From: Planctomycetota bacterium
GTDB taxonomy: Bacteria > Planctomycetota > GCA-002687715 > DRQF01
Direction: 5' to 3'
Assembly: GCA_027001995.1 (NCBI GenBank)
Contig: JALTLO010000191.1
Coordinates: forward strand, 1-24,621
DNA: 24,621 bases
Below are positions 1 through 8,738 of this stretch, in pieces (the first letter of the stretch is position 1; the number at the start of each line of letters is the position of its first letter). The notes beneath the pieces were generated by a model, which made no database searches, had not been told where the DNA came from, and was given only the letters and a program-made list of their open reading frames with translations. Both the position numbers and the translations under genes were made by a program.

Positions 1-345
1 GGAGAGGAGCCGGGGGGGGAGGGAGATGATTGCAGCCCGCATAGCCCATCGGGCCTTAATCGAGACGCCATGTTCTCGTCGCGATAAATGGTCAAAGCGA
101 ACCTCGCAGGCGTAGTTATCTGGCCATTTGGCCACGGCGCCCGACATCGCACCCCGACACACAGTCAGACTAAGAGCCAAATATAGGGATTCTGGGGGTG
201 CTCGGTGAATGCGAAGCCGTGAAGCGGAAAGTTGGTATCTTATTTTTTGGAATTTTTGGCATTTCTACCGGAGCGGACGCCGCTCTTACACATGGCCGCA
301 ATGCGGATTGCCATTGTGGTGAAAGTGGTGAATGAGATTACGTCT

Positions 346-390
346 AAAAAAAAGAACAACTCCCTAAGTCGTTTTGACTTAGGGAGTTGT
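346..390 (-). terminator. Rho-independent terminator of tRNA-Gly
   Basis: Perfect 15-bp inverted repeat ACAACTCCCTAAGTC (356-370) / GACTTAGGGAGTTGT (376-390), followed on the minus strand by a U8 tract (A8 at 346-353), immediately 3' of the tRNA. Confidence 0.9.
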
Positions 391-394
391 AAAG

Positions 395-467
395 AGCGGG
401 TGATGAGATTTGAACTCACGACAATCGCCTTGGCAAGGCGATGCTCTAGCCACTGAGCTACACCCGC
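395..467 (-). tRNA. tRNA-Gly (anticodon GCC), CCA not encoded
   Basis: Reverse complement folds as a cloverleaf: GCGGGTG/CACCCGC acceptor stem, GCTC/GAGC D stem, TCGCC-TTGCCAA-GGCGA anticodon arm, GTGAG-TTCAAAT-CTCAT T arm, discriminator U. Confidence 0.97.
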
Positions 468-477
468 GAGTGGGCAA

Positions 478-505
478 ATAATACGTTGGTGGGCGCTTCT
501 CTCAA
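478..505 (-). promoter_or_regulatory. sigma70-type promoter for tRNA-Gly
   Basis: Minus strand reads TTGAGA-16 nt-TATTAT, ending 10 nt before the tRNA 5' end. Confidence 0.6.
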
Positions 506-605
506 GGGTTAGTTGGAAAAAAGTCGTTTGATGCCAAAATTGGCCTTCAAATTGGGGTTTTGCAGCGGTCCTGATCTGTTTTTTTTTTTGAGGCTTCTTT
601 TTGTT

Positions 606-1763
606 CTAAGACTGGATCATGATTTTTGCCGCTTGAGAGACAGCAGAAACGGCCAAATCGATCTCTTCTTCTGTGGTGTAGCGCCCAAGACCGAAACGAA
701 CAGCTCCCAAGGCTTGAGAGGCTGAGATCCCCATGGCGGTGAGAACGTAACTGGGTTCGACGCTGGTGGAGGTGCAAGCACTCCCCGTGCTTAATGCGAA
801 TTCGGGCAAAGCCATGAGAAGAGCTTCACTTTCCAGATTGGGAAAACTGATGTTGAGGTTGCTTTCGATGCGCGACGTGAGGGATCCATTGATGGTGATA
901 CCTTCAATTTCTTCCTGAAGGCCATTCAACAACTTGTCGCGCAGAATCTTGATGCGTTCACGGTCTTGATCCATCTCTTGACTGGCAAGAGCCGCGGCCT
1001 CTCCTATGCCGACGATACCTGGAACATTGAGAGTTCCAGAGCGTCGTCCTTGCTCGTGGCCACCACCGTGGATTTGCTCAACCACCCGAACCTGAGGTTG
1101 TCGTTGACGGACATACAAGAAGCCCACACCCTTCGGACCGAAGATCTTGTGTCCCGAAACGCTGAGAAGATGAATACCCATGGCGCTCACATCGATGGGA
1201 AGCTTGCCAAAAGATTGCGCTGCATCGCAGTGAAATAGCACGTTGTGCTTGGCGCAAAGAGCTCCGATTTCTGCCACGGGCTGGATGACACCGGTTTCGT
1301 TGTTGACCATCATGACGGACAAAAGTCCGCAGTCATCACTGAGGGCCTCTTCAAGTCTCTTAAGGTCGATCAGGCCATCGAGTTCGACGGGTAAGATGGT
1401 GGCGCGGTGCCTAGATTTCTTTAGGAAAGCAATGGTGTCGAGGGTTGCTTTGTGCTCCGTTGCTAAGGTGACAATGTGATTGTGACTCAGAGCATTGCCC
1501 TCAATGGAGCCCTTGAGAGCCAAATTGGTCGATTCTGTCGCGCCGCTGGTCCAGACGATTTCTGCGGCCCGCGCTTGGATCAAATTAGCCACTTGGCGCC
1601 GACTCTTGGCGACGGCCTTCTCAGCTTCCCAACCGTAGGCGTGGGTGCGGCTGGCGGCGTTGCCGAATGAACCGCTGAGATAAGGCATCATGGCTTCCAA
1701 GACCCGGGGGTCAATGGCTGTTGTGGCATTGTTGTCTAAGTAGATGACGTGACTGCGACTCAT
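606..1763 (-). CDS. iscS: Cysteine desulfurase, group I (IscS/NifS family)
   Basis: Motifs IYLDNNATT, TSGATES, HCDAAQS, PLP-lysine SGHKIFGPKG and catalytic STGSACTS. Start moved to ATG 1763 behind an AAGGGGAG RBS. Confidence 0.93.
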   Translation of the reverse strand: MSRSHVIYLDNNATTAIDPRVLEAMMPYLSGSFGNAASRTHAYGWEAEKAVAKSRRQVANLIQARAAEIVWTSGATESTNLALKGSIEGNALSHNHIVTLATEHKATLDTIAFLKKSRHRATILPVELDGLIDLKRLEEALSDDCGLLSVMMVNNETGVIQPVAEIGALCAKHNVLFHCDAAQSFGKLPIDVSAMGIHLLSVSGHKIFGPKGVGFLYVRQRQPQVRVVEQIHGGGHEQGRRSGTLNVPGIVGIGEAAALASQEMDQDRERIKILRDKLLNGLQEEIEGITINGSLTSRIESNLNISFPNLESEALLMALPEFALSTGSACTSTSVEPSYVLTAMGISASQALGAVRFGLGRYTTEEEIDLAVSAVSQAAKIMIQS

Positions 1764-1853
1764 GGTGGCTCCCCTTGTTGAGCAATCATAGTTCATTGAT
1801 TGACCCCAAGCCAGGATGCGACTTAGACTTCAGACTAGGGTTGAGGAGAGGAA

Positions 1854-2285
1854 CTAAGGAATTCGTTCTCGAAACGGAATGATGATCTTGGTGCCGATGG
1901 GGAGTTGGGCTCCTGGGGAAAGCTCAGAATTTGTCTGATAGAGGATGCTTTTGAGATTGTGACTTCCTAGGTACTTGCGGGCCAGTTCATCAATGGTGTC
2001 GCCCTCCTTGATGACGTACTCGTAGTCTTTCCCTGTTTCCGCCAGTCTTGTTTCTTCAATGCTGAGCATGAAGCGTTCGCTGGAAATATCATCGGCAATA
2101 GAGGGGGCGTAGAGTTCTGGGTCTGAAAGACGGGGATCTCCCTCCTCTACTTCCGGGTAATCTTCTGATTCAAAGTTTTCGACGTTGTGAGCATCTTGAC
2201 GATCACGGAAGAAGACCTGGTCGGCTATGAAAGTGAACAGGAAGAAAACAGCAAAACCAATGAGCGCACATCCGATTTTTCCCAT
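1854..2285 (-). CDS. Membrane-anchored LysM peptidoglycan-binding domain protein
   Basis: N-terminal hydrophobic helix, acidic linker, and a C-terminal LysM pattern YVIKEGDTIDELARKYLG...N...LPIGTKIIIP. Confidence 0.85.
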   Translation of the reverse strand: MGKIGCALIGFAVFFLFTFIADQVFFRDRQDAHNVENFESEDYPEVEEGDPRLSDPELYAPSIADDISSERFMLSIEETRLAETGKDYEYVIKEGDTIDELARKYLGSHNLKSILYQTNSELSPGAQLPIGTKIIIPFRERIP

Positions 2286-2317
2286 GGCCTGACTTTACAC
2301 TAAGAAGAAGGGGAAAT

Positions 2318-2353
2318 GAATAGAGACGCTCCCGGTCAGGAGCGCCTCTATTC
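2318..2353 (-). terminator. Terminator-like hairpin after secDF
   Basis: Minus strand GAATAGAGGCGCTCC-6 nt-GGAGCGTCTCTATTC (15 bp, one G-U pair), followed by a pyrimidine-rich tail. Confidence 0.7.
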
Positions 2354-2378
2354 GATTCAATTTGAAGGATTCAGTCGC

Positions 2379-5135
2379 TTAGGACGTTTTCTTGGCGACG
2401 GCCTGCTTGGCTTCATCACGCTTATGGGCCCAAACAAGGACTGGGCTGGCAATGAAGATTGAGGAGTAAGTACCAACAAGAACACCAATCATGAGGGTGA
2501 AGGAAAGGCCTTCCAAAGGACTTTCTAAACCATAGTTGGCCAAGAAGATCGAAACGATGACACCAAAGGTGGTGATCGAAGTCAGAATCGTTCGACTCAA
2601 AGTTTGGTTAACACTGCGATTGACAACTTCTTCAAATGTGCCTCGGGTGTTGCCCAGGTTTTCTCGAATACGGTCAAAGACCACAATGGTGTCATTGAGG
2701 GAATAACCGATAATCGTCAAGAACGCAGCCACCACATTCAGTGAGATGGGTACTTGCACCAAACCAGTCATGTTCGCAACCACCACGATCCCCAATGAAA
2801 TCAAGACGTCATGGACGAGGGCAGCAGATGCGGCAACGCCGTACTTGATTTCCTTAAAGCGGAACCAGATGTAACCCAAGATAAAGAGAAGAGACACGAT
2901 CATAGCCTTGAAGGCCGCAGCCTTGAGGCCGGAAACAACCGCAGGGCCGACAAAGCGAGCACGGGGGAAGGGACGTGTTAACTTAAGTTCCTCGTTGGCC
3001 AAAAGGCCATTCAGGACACTCGTCTCGATGGTGCGGGCAGCTTCCGCTGTCATGGCGGCAGTGACCCGCCACAAGAGCCCTTCAGTGTCGGCTTGAGTGA
3101 GCTTTGGATCCTTCAGGCCGGCGGTTTCCAATGTGGCTTTGAGGGCCTCCGTGTTCTTGGGTTTGGCACTCATATGAATGACAGAAGACCAAATGCCGTC
3201 AGCAGAATCATAGGAAACATCGGTGAGCGGCTTGGACTCGAGGAGATCGCCGAACTCCGTCAGGAGTTCTTTACGAACGACTTCGTAACCGTCAGCGCCA
3301 TCTTCCATTTTATCATCGCTTGACTTTGTTTCAGCAATGAAGTCCAAGCGAATGTCAATGACACGGCTCTTGCCGTCAACTGGAGAGATAGAGTTGGCTT
3401 CGACCGTGTTGTACTTGGTCTTGCCATCCTCGCCTTTGATCGAAGCAATGGCTGTCTTGATATCCGAATCGACGACGGGCTTCTTGAAGTTCATGCGGAT
3501 GGAAGTTCCGCCGTTGAAGTCCAAACCGTATTTGCTGTCATCGGTAAAAATGAATGCGGCCAAGCCCAGAACGATGACAACGCCGGAGATTCTCATGGCC
3601 ATGCCTGATTTCGCCAAAAAGGCGAAATTGGGCTTCTCGATCATGCGGCGCATCTTGAGCTCTTTGAGCCAACCTTTGGAAATGGCTGTTCCCAGAAGAG
3701 TTCTGGTGATGTAAAGGCCAGCGAACATCGAGCAGACGATACCCGTCATCAGGGTGTAGCCGAATCCTTTGATCGGGCCCTTGCCATAGTAAACCAGGAA
3801 GGCAGCCACAATGAAGGTTGTCAGGTTGGCATCAAAGATGGTGATGAAGGCCCGGTCAAAACCGTTTTTGGCCGCGTGAATAAGACGTTTCCCTTTGTCC
3901 AACTCTTCGCGAATGCGCTCGAAAATGAGGATGTTGGCGTCAACAGCCATACCAACAGTCAAGACCAAACCAGCAATGCCTGGCAAGGTCAGGGACGACT
4001 GCAAGAGCATGAGAATGGCGAAGACAAAGAGGAAGTTAAACAGAAGGGCGATGATCGCCAGGATTCCTGATATGCTGTAGAAGTAGACCATGATAGCAAA
4101 GACCAAGATGCCGCCGATGGCAAAGGCCAACTCACCACGTTGGATAGCAGTTGCGCCCAAAGTGGCGCCTACTTGCTCTTGAGACTCCAAGACTGGCTTC
4201 AGTTTGAGGGAGCCAGCTTGCAAGCAGCTCAAAAGCCAATTCTGATCTTTTTCTGAGTAACCACCACCACCGCGACTGATTTGAACGTTGTCGGTCAGGC
4301 GGCTGCCAATATTCGCTGAACTCCAAACCTCGTCATTGAGCACCATGGCCATTTGACGATTTTTGTAGCGTGTGGAGTAGGAACCCAATGCATTTTGACG
4401 ACTCAAACGGACGTTGTAGGAAACTGCACGACCGCCGTCCTTTGTGCTCCGGATGGGGTTGATGATGTCGGCACCGGTGAAGCCGGGTGTCTCAACGTCG
4501 TCGCCCCAGTAATCGGGGTCATAGAAGTACCATTGGCCTTCGCCTTTGGCAGTTTCCAGCTTCCATGGTTCTTTCTTCGCGATGTCCCGGAATGCAGCCA
4601 GGCGTTTTTCGTAGGCCTTTTCGCTTTCATCTTTTTTGGCTTCCGGAAGGACAGGTATCCAACGGAAATCAGCGGGAGCTTTGAATGCTGCCTTCTCTTC
4701 TTGACGTTTCTTTTCGAACTCTGTGGGGTTGAAGAAAACGCCATCACGGTTCTTGTCGCCGCTCGCCGCCTGAATCGGCATTTCCAAACGACCCATTTGC
4801 GTCATGCGCTTACGGATATTGGCTGTTTGCTGATCAGTGAATTCTGGCAAGGTGATGACGATGTAGTCGCCTTCACGACGAACAGAGATATCTTTGACAC
4901 CTTCTTTATTGATTCGTCTCGAAATGACATCGAGAGTGTCCTCAATAGCTTGGTCTTTTTCGGCTTCGGTGTCGAGATTGCTACCGCCGGAGATTTTCTC
5001 GATTCGGTAGGTCAGAACACTGCCACCTCTCAGGTCAATACCTAAGCTGACAGGCCAGTTTCCGGCAATGCAAGCCAGAGAAAGAATGATGGCGCCGAAG
5101 ATAACAAGATAGCGCGTGAACAGATTGGAGGTCAC
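2379..5135 (-). CDS. secDF: Protein translocase subunit SecDF (fused SecD-SecF)
   Basis: Motifs LGIDLRGG, LTLPGIAGLVLTVGMAVDANILIFERIRE, GLDFNGG, GYSLNDTIVVFDRIRE and TLSRTILTS. GTG start with AGGGAG RBS. Confidence 0.96.
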   Translation of the reverse strand: MTSNLFTRYLVIFGAIILSLACIAGNWPVSLGIDLRGGSVLTYRIEKISGGSNLDTEAEKDQAIEDTLDVISRRINKEGVKDISVRREGDYIVITLPEFTDQQTANIRKRMTQMGRLEMPIQAASGDKNRDGVFFNPTEFEKKRQEEKAAFKAPADFRWIPVLPEAKKDESEKAYEKRLAAFRDIAKKEPWKLETAKGEGQWYFYDPDYWGDDVETPGFTGADIINPIRSTKDGGRAVSYNVRLSRQNALGSYSTRYKNRQMAMVLNDEVWSSANIGSRLTDNVQISRGGGGYSEKDQNWLLSCLQAGSLKLKPVLESQEQVGATLGATAIQRGELAFAIGGILVFAIMVYFYSISGILAIIALLFNFLFVFAILMLLQSSLTLPGIAGLVLTVGMAVDANILIFERIREELDKGKRLIHAAKNGFDRAFITIFDANLTTFIVAAFLVYYGKGPIKGFGYTLMTGIVCSMFAGLYITRTLLGTAISKGWLKELKMRRMIEKPNFAFLAKSGMAMRISGVVIVLGLAAFIFTDDSKYGLDFNGGTSIRMNFKKPVVDSDIKTAIASIKGEDGKTKYNTVEANSISPVDGKSRVIDIRLDFIAETKSSDDKMEDGADGYEVVRKELLTEFGDLLESKPLTDVSYDSADGIWSSVIHMSAKPKNTEALKATLETAGLKDPKLTQADTEGLLWRVTAAMTAEAARTIETSVLNGLLANEELKLTRPFPRARFVGPAVVSGLKAAAFKAMIVSLLFILGYIWFRFKEIKYGVAASAALVHDVLISLGIVVVANMTGLVQVPISLNVVAAFLTIIGYSLNDTIVVFDRIRENLGNTRGTFEEVVNRSVNQTLSRTILTSITTFGVIVSIFLANYGLESPLEGLSFTLMIGVLVGTYSSIFIASPVLVWAHKRDEAKQAVAKKTS

Positions 5136-5162
5136 AGTCGGGCTCCCTAAACCTATAGGTCT

Positions 5163-5206
5163 AAGAAAATGAAAAGACCGAGGCGGCCAAAATTCTTGGG
5201 CCTCGG
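5163..5206 (-). terminator. Terminator-like hairpin between rplS and secDF
   Basis: Minus strand CCGAGGC-CCAA-loop-TTGG-CC-GCCTCGG followed by TCTTTTCATTTTCTT. A second GC-rich hairpin lies at 5221-5242. Confidence 0.55.
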
Positions 5207-5252
5207 GCGGTAAATGTCATGGACGCCCCACGTGAGGCGCCCACCTTGTTTC

Positions 5253-5615
5253 TTATTTTCTCTTTTTCGCTGTGTCCAGCTTTTCCCGAACACGGGTGGC
5301 TTTGCCGACACGATCACGGAGATAATAAAGCTTGGCGCGGCGTACGTCACCATGACGAACAACGTTGATCGTCTCGATCTTTGGTGAATGAAGGGGGAAG
5401 ACGCGCTCCACTCCTTCGCCTTGGACGATACGACGGACCGTGATGGCTTCTGCTGGGCCCCGGCCACGGCGAGCGATCACTGTTCCGTTAAAGATCTGAA
5501 CGCGCTCTTTGCCGCCTTCACGAATCTTTACTGCCACATCGACGGTATCCCCAATCTCAAAAGAGGGAATTTCGTCTTTCATCCATTGTTTTTCTACTTC
5601 GCTGAACTTATCCAT
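5253..5615 (-). CDS. rplS: 50S ribosomal protein L19
   Basis: Motifs [36 protein letters not shown] and [10 protein letters not shown]. Lies downstream of trmD. Confidence 0.98.
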   Translation of the reverse strand: MDKFSEVEKQWMKDEIPSFEIGDTVDVAVKIREGGKERVQIFNGTVIARRGRGPAEAITVRRIVQGEGVERVFPLHSPKIETINVVRHGDVRRAKLYYLRDRVGKATRVREKLDTAKKRK

Positions 5616-5662
5616 CGTTCGTCTCGCTGGCTTTAAGGCCCAAGTCGTTTATGTTCGTTTCA

Positions 5663-6358
5663 TCAGTTGGGGCGATTTTGATCGTCCAACAAATCCGGCC
5701 TGCGCTCTTGAGTCAATTCGAGGGCTTTTTGCTGGCGCCATGCCGCGATGCGGGCATGGTCCCCGCTCCTGAGAATCTCAGGAACAGTCATCCCCCGAAA
5801 CTCCACCGGGCGGGTGTAGTGCGGGTGATCCAATAGGCCATCGTTGAACGACTCGTAGGTAGCGGAATCCGCATCCCCGAGAACGCCGGGCAGGAGTCTA
5901 ACGATGGAATCCACAAGAACCAACGCCGCAAGTTCACCTCCTGTAAGGACGTAATCTCCGACTGAGATTTCTCTTACGGGCAAACCGTCTACAATACGTT
6001 GATCAAAACCCTCATAACGTCCTGCGATCAGGATTAAATGATCGAGCTGACTTAACTCGTTGGCAATTCGTTGGTTATAGCTCTCGCCTTGAGGGGAGAG
6101 TAAAATAATGGGTGGTTTTGGATTTTCATTCGCGAGGATTTCATCCAAGCAGGCGTAGATCGGCTCTGGTTTGAGGACCATTCCGGGGCCTCCACCAAAG
6201 GGACGATCGTCAACTTTTTGATGCTTATTATCAGAAAAATCTCGAAAATCATGCAAAGCAAAGGTGGCTGCCCCCTTTTCTTGGGCGATTCGAAGCATGC
6301 TTGTATTGAGAATGCCTGGGAACATTTCAGGGAAAATCGTCAGAATGTCAAAATGCAT
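5663..6358 (-). CDS. trmD: tRNA (guanine37-N1)-methyltransferase
   Basis: Motifs MHFDILTIFPE, VDDRPFGGGPGMV, GRYEGFDQR, SVGDYVLTGGE and PHYTRP. The true start is ATG 6358; the upstream ORF extension overlaps ribE. Confidence 0.97.
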   Translation of the reverse strand: MHFDILTIFPEMFPGILNTSMLRIAQEKGAATFALHDFRDFSDNKHQKVDDRPFGGGPGMVLKPEPIYACLDEILANENPKPPIILLSPQGESYNQRIANELSQLDHLILIAGRYEGFDQRIVDGLPVREISVGDYVLTGGELAALVLVDSIVRLLPGVLGDADSATYESFNDGLLDHPHYTRPVEFRGMTVPEILRSGDHARIAAWRQQKALELTQERRPDLLDDQNRPN

Positions 6359-6448
6359 AGTGGGGTCCGCGCTTGAAAGAAATCTAACGATTGAGCATAC
6401 AGTGACTTCCAGTCCCATCATGCCCCCGTTTTGGATAGGAACCAACAG

Positions 6449-7093
6449 ATGTTTACTGGCATCATCGAATCTAAGTGTCTTGTGACATCCTTGGATGCAC
6501 AGAATGAAGGGATCGACTTCCTTCTTGAGCTCGGGGAATTGAGCTCCGGCTGCGGTTTGGGCGATAGTATTGCCATCAACGGCTGTTGCTTGACCGTTGC
6601 GTCCATCGAGGGGACGGTTGTTTCCTTTCATGCCGGGAGAGAAACCCTCGATTTGACCCATTTGGGCCAGCTCAAGGCTGGAGACCAGGTGAACGTCGAG
6701 CGGTCTTTACGTTTTGGCGACCAATTAGGTGGGCACTTGGTCAGTGGTCATGTGGATGGGGTGGGAGAAGTCATCGACATTGTTGAAGAACCATCGCAAA
6801 CTGTCATGCGCTTCCGCATCCCTGAGAAATTGGTGGATCAAGTAATCCTCAAAGGTTCCATTGCTTTAGATGGAATCAGTTTGACCATCACCGAACACGA
6901 TTTTGACAAGATTGCTGTGGCTTTGATTCCTCACACCATGGAGGTGACGAATTTGGGCAGCAAATCTGTGGGGGATCCCATCAACGTGGAAACGGATATG
7001 ATTGGCAAGTGGATCCAAAAGCAAGCCATGCCGGTGGTGGAACAACTTCGCAATGTGGCCGAGAAGAATAATAAAGGCGTCTCCCATGACTGA
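6449..7093 (+). CDS. ribE: Riboflavin synthase (alpha chain)
   Basis: Diagnostic N-terminus MFTGIIE, plus GDSIAINGCCLTV, GGHLVSGHVD and KGSIALDGISLT. Confidence 0.96.
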   Translation: MFTGIIESKCLVTSLDAQNEGIDFLLELGELSSGCGLGDSIAINGCCLTVASIEGTVVSFHAGRETLDLTHLGQLKAGDQVNVERSLRFGDQLGGHLVSGHVDGVGEVIDIVEEPSQTVMRFRIPEKLVDQVILKGSIALDGISLTITEHDFDKIAVALIPHTMEVTNLGSKSVGDPINVETDMIGKWIQKQAMPVVEQLRNVAEKNNKGVSHD

Positions 7094-8072
7094 TCAGCAA
7101 ATCTCACTCACCGGCATTAAGTCCACCGGCGCCCCTCATATCGGCAACTTGTTGGGGGCGATTCAGCCTGCTTTGAAGCTGACGGAGGACTATCATGGTG
7201 TCTATTTTATCGCTGACTATCATTCTTTAACAACTGTCAAGGACGGCAAAGAGCTCAGGGATAGCACTTACGAAGGAGCTGCCACTTGGATGGCCCTGGG
7301 TTTGGATACGGAGCAAAACGTCTTTTTTCGTCAATCAGATATCCCTGAAGTTTGTGAACTGTCATGGATTCTGTCTTGCTTTGTGGGCATGGGGCTGTTG
7401 AAACGAGCTCATGCCTACAAGGATGCCCTGGCAAACGGGAAAGAGGGCAATCATGGTCTATTTGCATATCCTGTTTTGATGGCTGCAGATATCTTGCTCT
7501 ACGAAACCAACGTTGTCCCGGTTGGCAAAGATCAAAAACAGCATGTGGAAATGTGCCGGGAGATGGCTCAAAGCGTTAACCACGCCTATGGGCCGGACAC
7601 CTTGGTCGTTCCCGAACCAAAGATCCAAAAAGAAGTGGCTACTATCGTTGGCTTGGATGGTCGTAAGATGAGCAAGTCCTACGACAATGCCATCGATATT
7701 TTCATGCCTAAGAAGAAGTTGCGCAAACGTTTCATGAAAATCGTGACGGGCTCGGAAAGTCTAGAAGAAGCCAAGGATCCGACGAATTGCAATGTCGTGA
7801 GTCTTTTCAGGCATTTCGCTTCTGATACGGAAGTCGCGGAGTTGGAGCGCAAGTATCGAGGAGGAAATTTTGGTTATGGGGACGCCAAGCAGAAGCTTTT
7901 CGAAGCCTATGAAGATATGATTGCTCCCGCCCGAGCACGCTATGAGGAGTTACTCCAGAACCGAGACGAGATTGAGCGGGTCTTGAAAACGGGAGCAGAA
8001 AAGGCTCGGGTTATTGCCAATAGGGTCTTGGATCGAATTCGGGATCGAGCTGGATTTGGCCCGGGGCGATAG
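7086..8072 (+). CDS. trpS: Tryptophan--tRNA ligase
   Basis: HIGN (HIGH) and KMSKS motifs, YPVLMAADIL, VPVGKDQKQH. ATG 7086 overlaps the end of ribE. Confidence 0.96.
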   Translation: MTDQQISLTGIKSTGAPHIGNLLGAIQPALKLTEDYHGVYFIADYHSLTTVKDGKELRDSTYEGAATWMALGLDTEQNVFFRQSDIPEVCELSWILSCFVGMGLLKRAHAYKDALANGKEGNHGLFAYPVLMAADILLYETNVVPVGKDQKQHVEMCREMAQSVNHAYGPDTLVVPEPKIQKEVATIVGLDGRKMSKSYDNAIDIFMPKKKLRKRFMKIVTGSESLEEAKDPTNCNVVSLFRHFASDTEVAELERKYRGGNFGYGDAKQKLFEAYEDMIAPARARYEELLQNRDEIERVLKTGAEKARVIANRVLDRIRDRAGFGPGR

Positions 8073-8171
8073 ACCACGGAAGAAACACGGAACAATCTGA
8101 ATTTTCATCCAAGTTTTTCGAAAATTCACCCGATGAAGTGGGTAAGAACTCATTCATTTTGGGGAATCGAT

Positions 8172-8738
8172 GTGAAAAAGCAGATCCATGTGTCTCTCGT
8201 TATTTTCGTTTTTGCTCTTCTGGCTGGCTGTGCTAGCACACCGAATGGCAAGAATTGGAAGGAAAACAAACGGCGCCGGGAAATGGGGATGCCTTCCAAG
8301 TTCAAACCGGATGCGGATGAAATCCCCGCGGAAGTGCGTCAGATCGAAGTGCAAATTGACCAGCCCAGTGTCATCTTGGCGGGAGATGCGGTCATTTATG
8401 TCTCCAAGAACTATGAATTTGACATTAGCCTGACGGGCGATGATGTGGTCAAGGACACAAATGGGACGGGCGCCCAAGAAAGTGTGGCCCGAGGAGCCGC
8501 TACGGCCTTCGTTCGCAACCTAAAAGTGTCTTGCGATCGCACGATTCGGGTGAAGATTGCAGATTTTGGCACGAAACCTTTCATCAAGATCTCGGCACGG
8601 GGGCATTGCTCGCATATCATTATGGGCAATGAAGTCGGCAACCATGAGGTCAAACGTGCTCGAAAGATTCAAATCAACAATGCCAACGTCCAATATTTCG
8701 GTCAGCTTGAAGAACGCCCGGTGGGGGCCAGAAACTAA
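8172..8738 (+). CDS. Predicted lipoprotein, beta-rich (possible LptA/OstA-like jellyroll)
   Basis: GTG start behind GGGGA. Signal peptide MKKQIHVSLVIFVFALLAGC with lipobox LAGC. The fold call is pattern-based inference. Confidence 0.7.
   Translation: MKKQIHVSLVIFVFALLAGCASTPNGKNWKENKRRREMGMPSKFKPDADEIPAEVRQIEVQIDQPSVILAGDAVIYVSKNYEFDISLTGDDVVKDTNGTGAQESVARGAATAFVRNLKVSCDRTIRVKIADFGTKPFIKISARGHCSHIIMGNEVGNHEVKRARKIQINNANVQYFGQLEERPVGARN

Noticed and set aside
1..25. G-rich run (G8) as a G-quadruplex or contingency locus
   Set aside because: It is truncated at the window edge with no context to support a function.
232..456. 74-aa ORF ending ...ERVMRFELTTIALARRCSSH
   Set aside because: It is the antisense translation of the tRNA gene and its terminator.
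579..589. T11 homopolymer as a phase-variation tract
   Set aside because: It is intergenic and well upstream of the tRNA -35 box, so it is more likely an A/T-rich upstream or terminator element.
4353..5045. 230-aa plus-strand ORF antisense to secDF
   Set aside because: It is a shadow ORF fully inside a well-supported gene, with no recognisable motifs.
5810..5829. Short matches to tRNA-Gly ends (GCGGGTGTAG, GCGGGTGAT) suggesting an att duplication
   Set aside because: Only 9-10 nt, inside trmD coding sequence, with no integrase or island signature in the window.
6359..6448. FMN riboswitch upstream of ribE
   Set aside because: The gap is only 90 bp and lacks the RFN consensus.
6359..6661. 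101-aa N-terminal extension of TrmD in the ORF track
   Set aside because: It overlaps ribE on the opposite strand; family homology begins at MHFDILT (6358).
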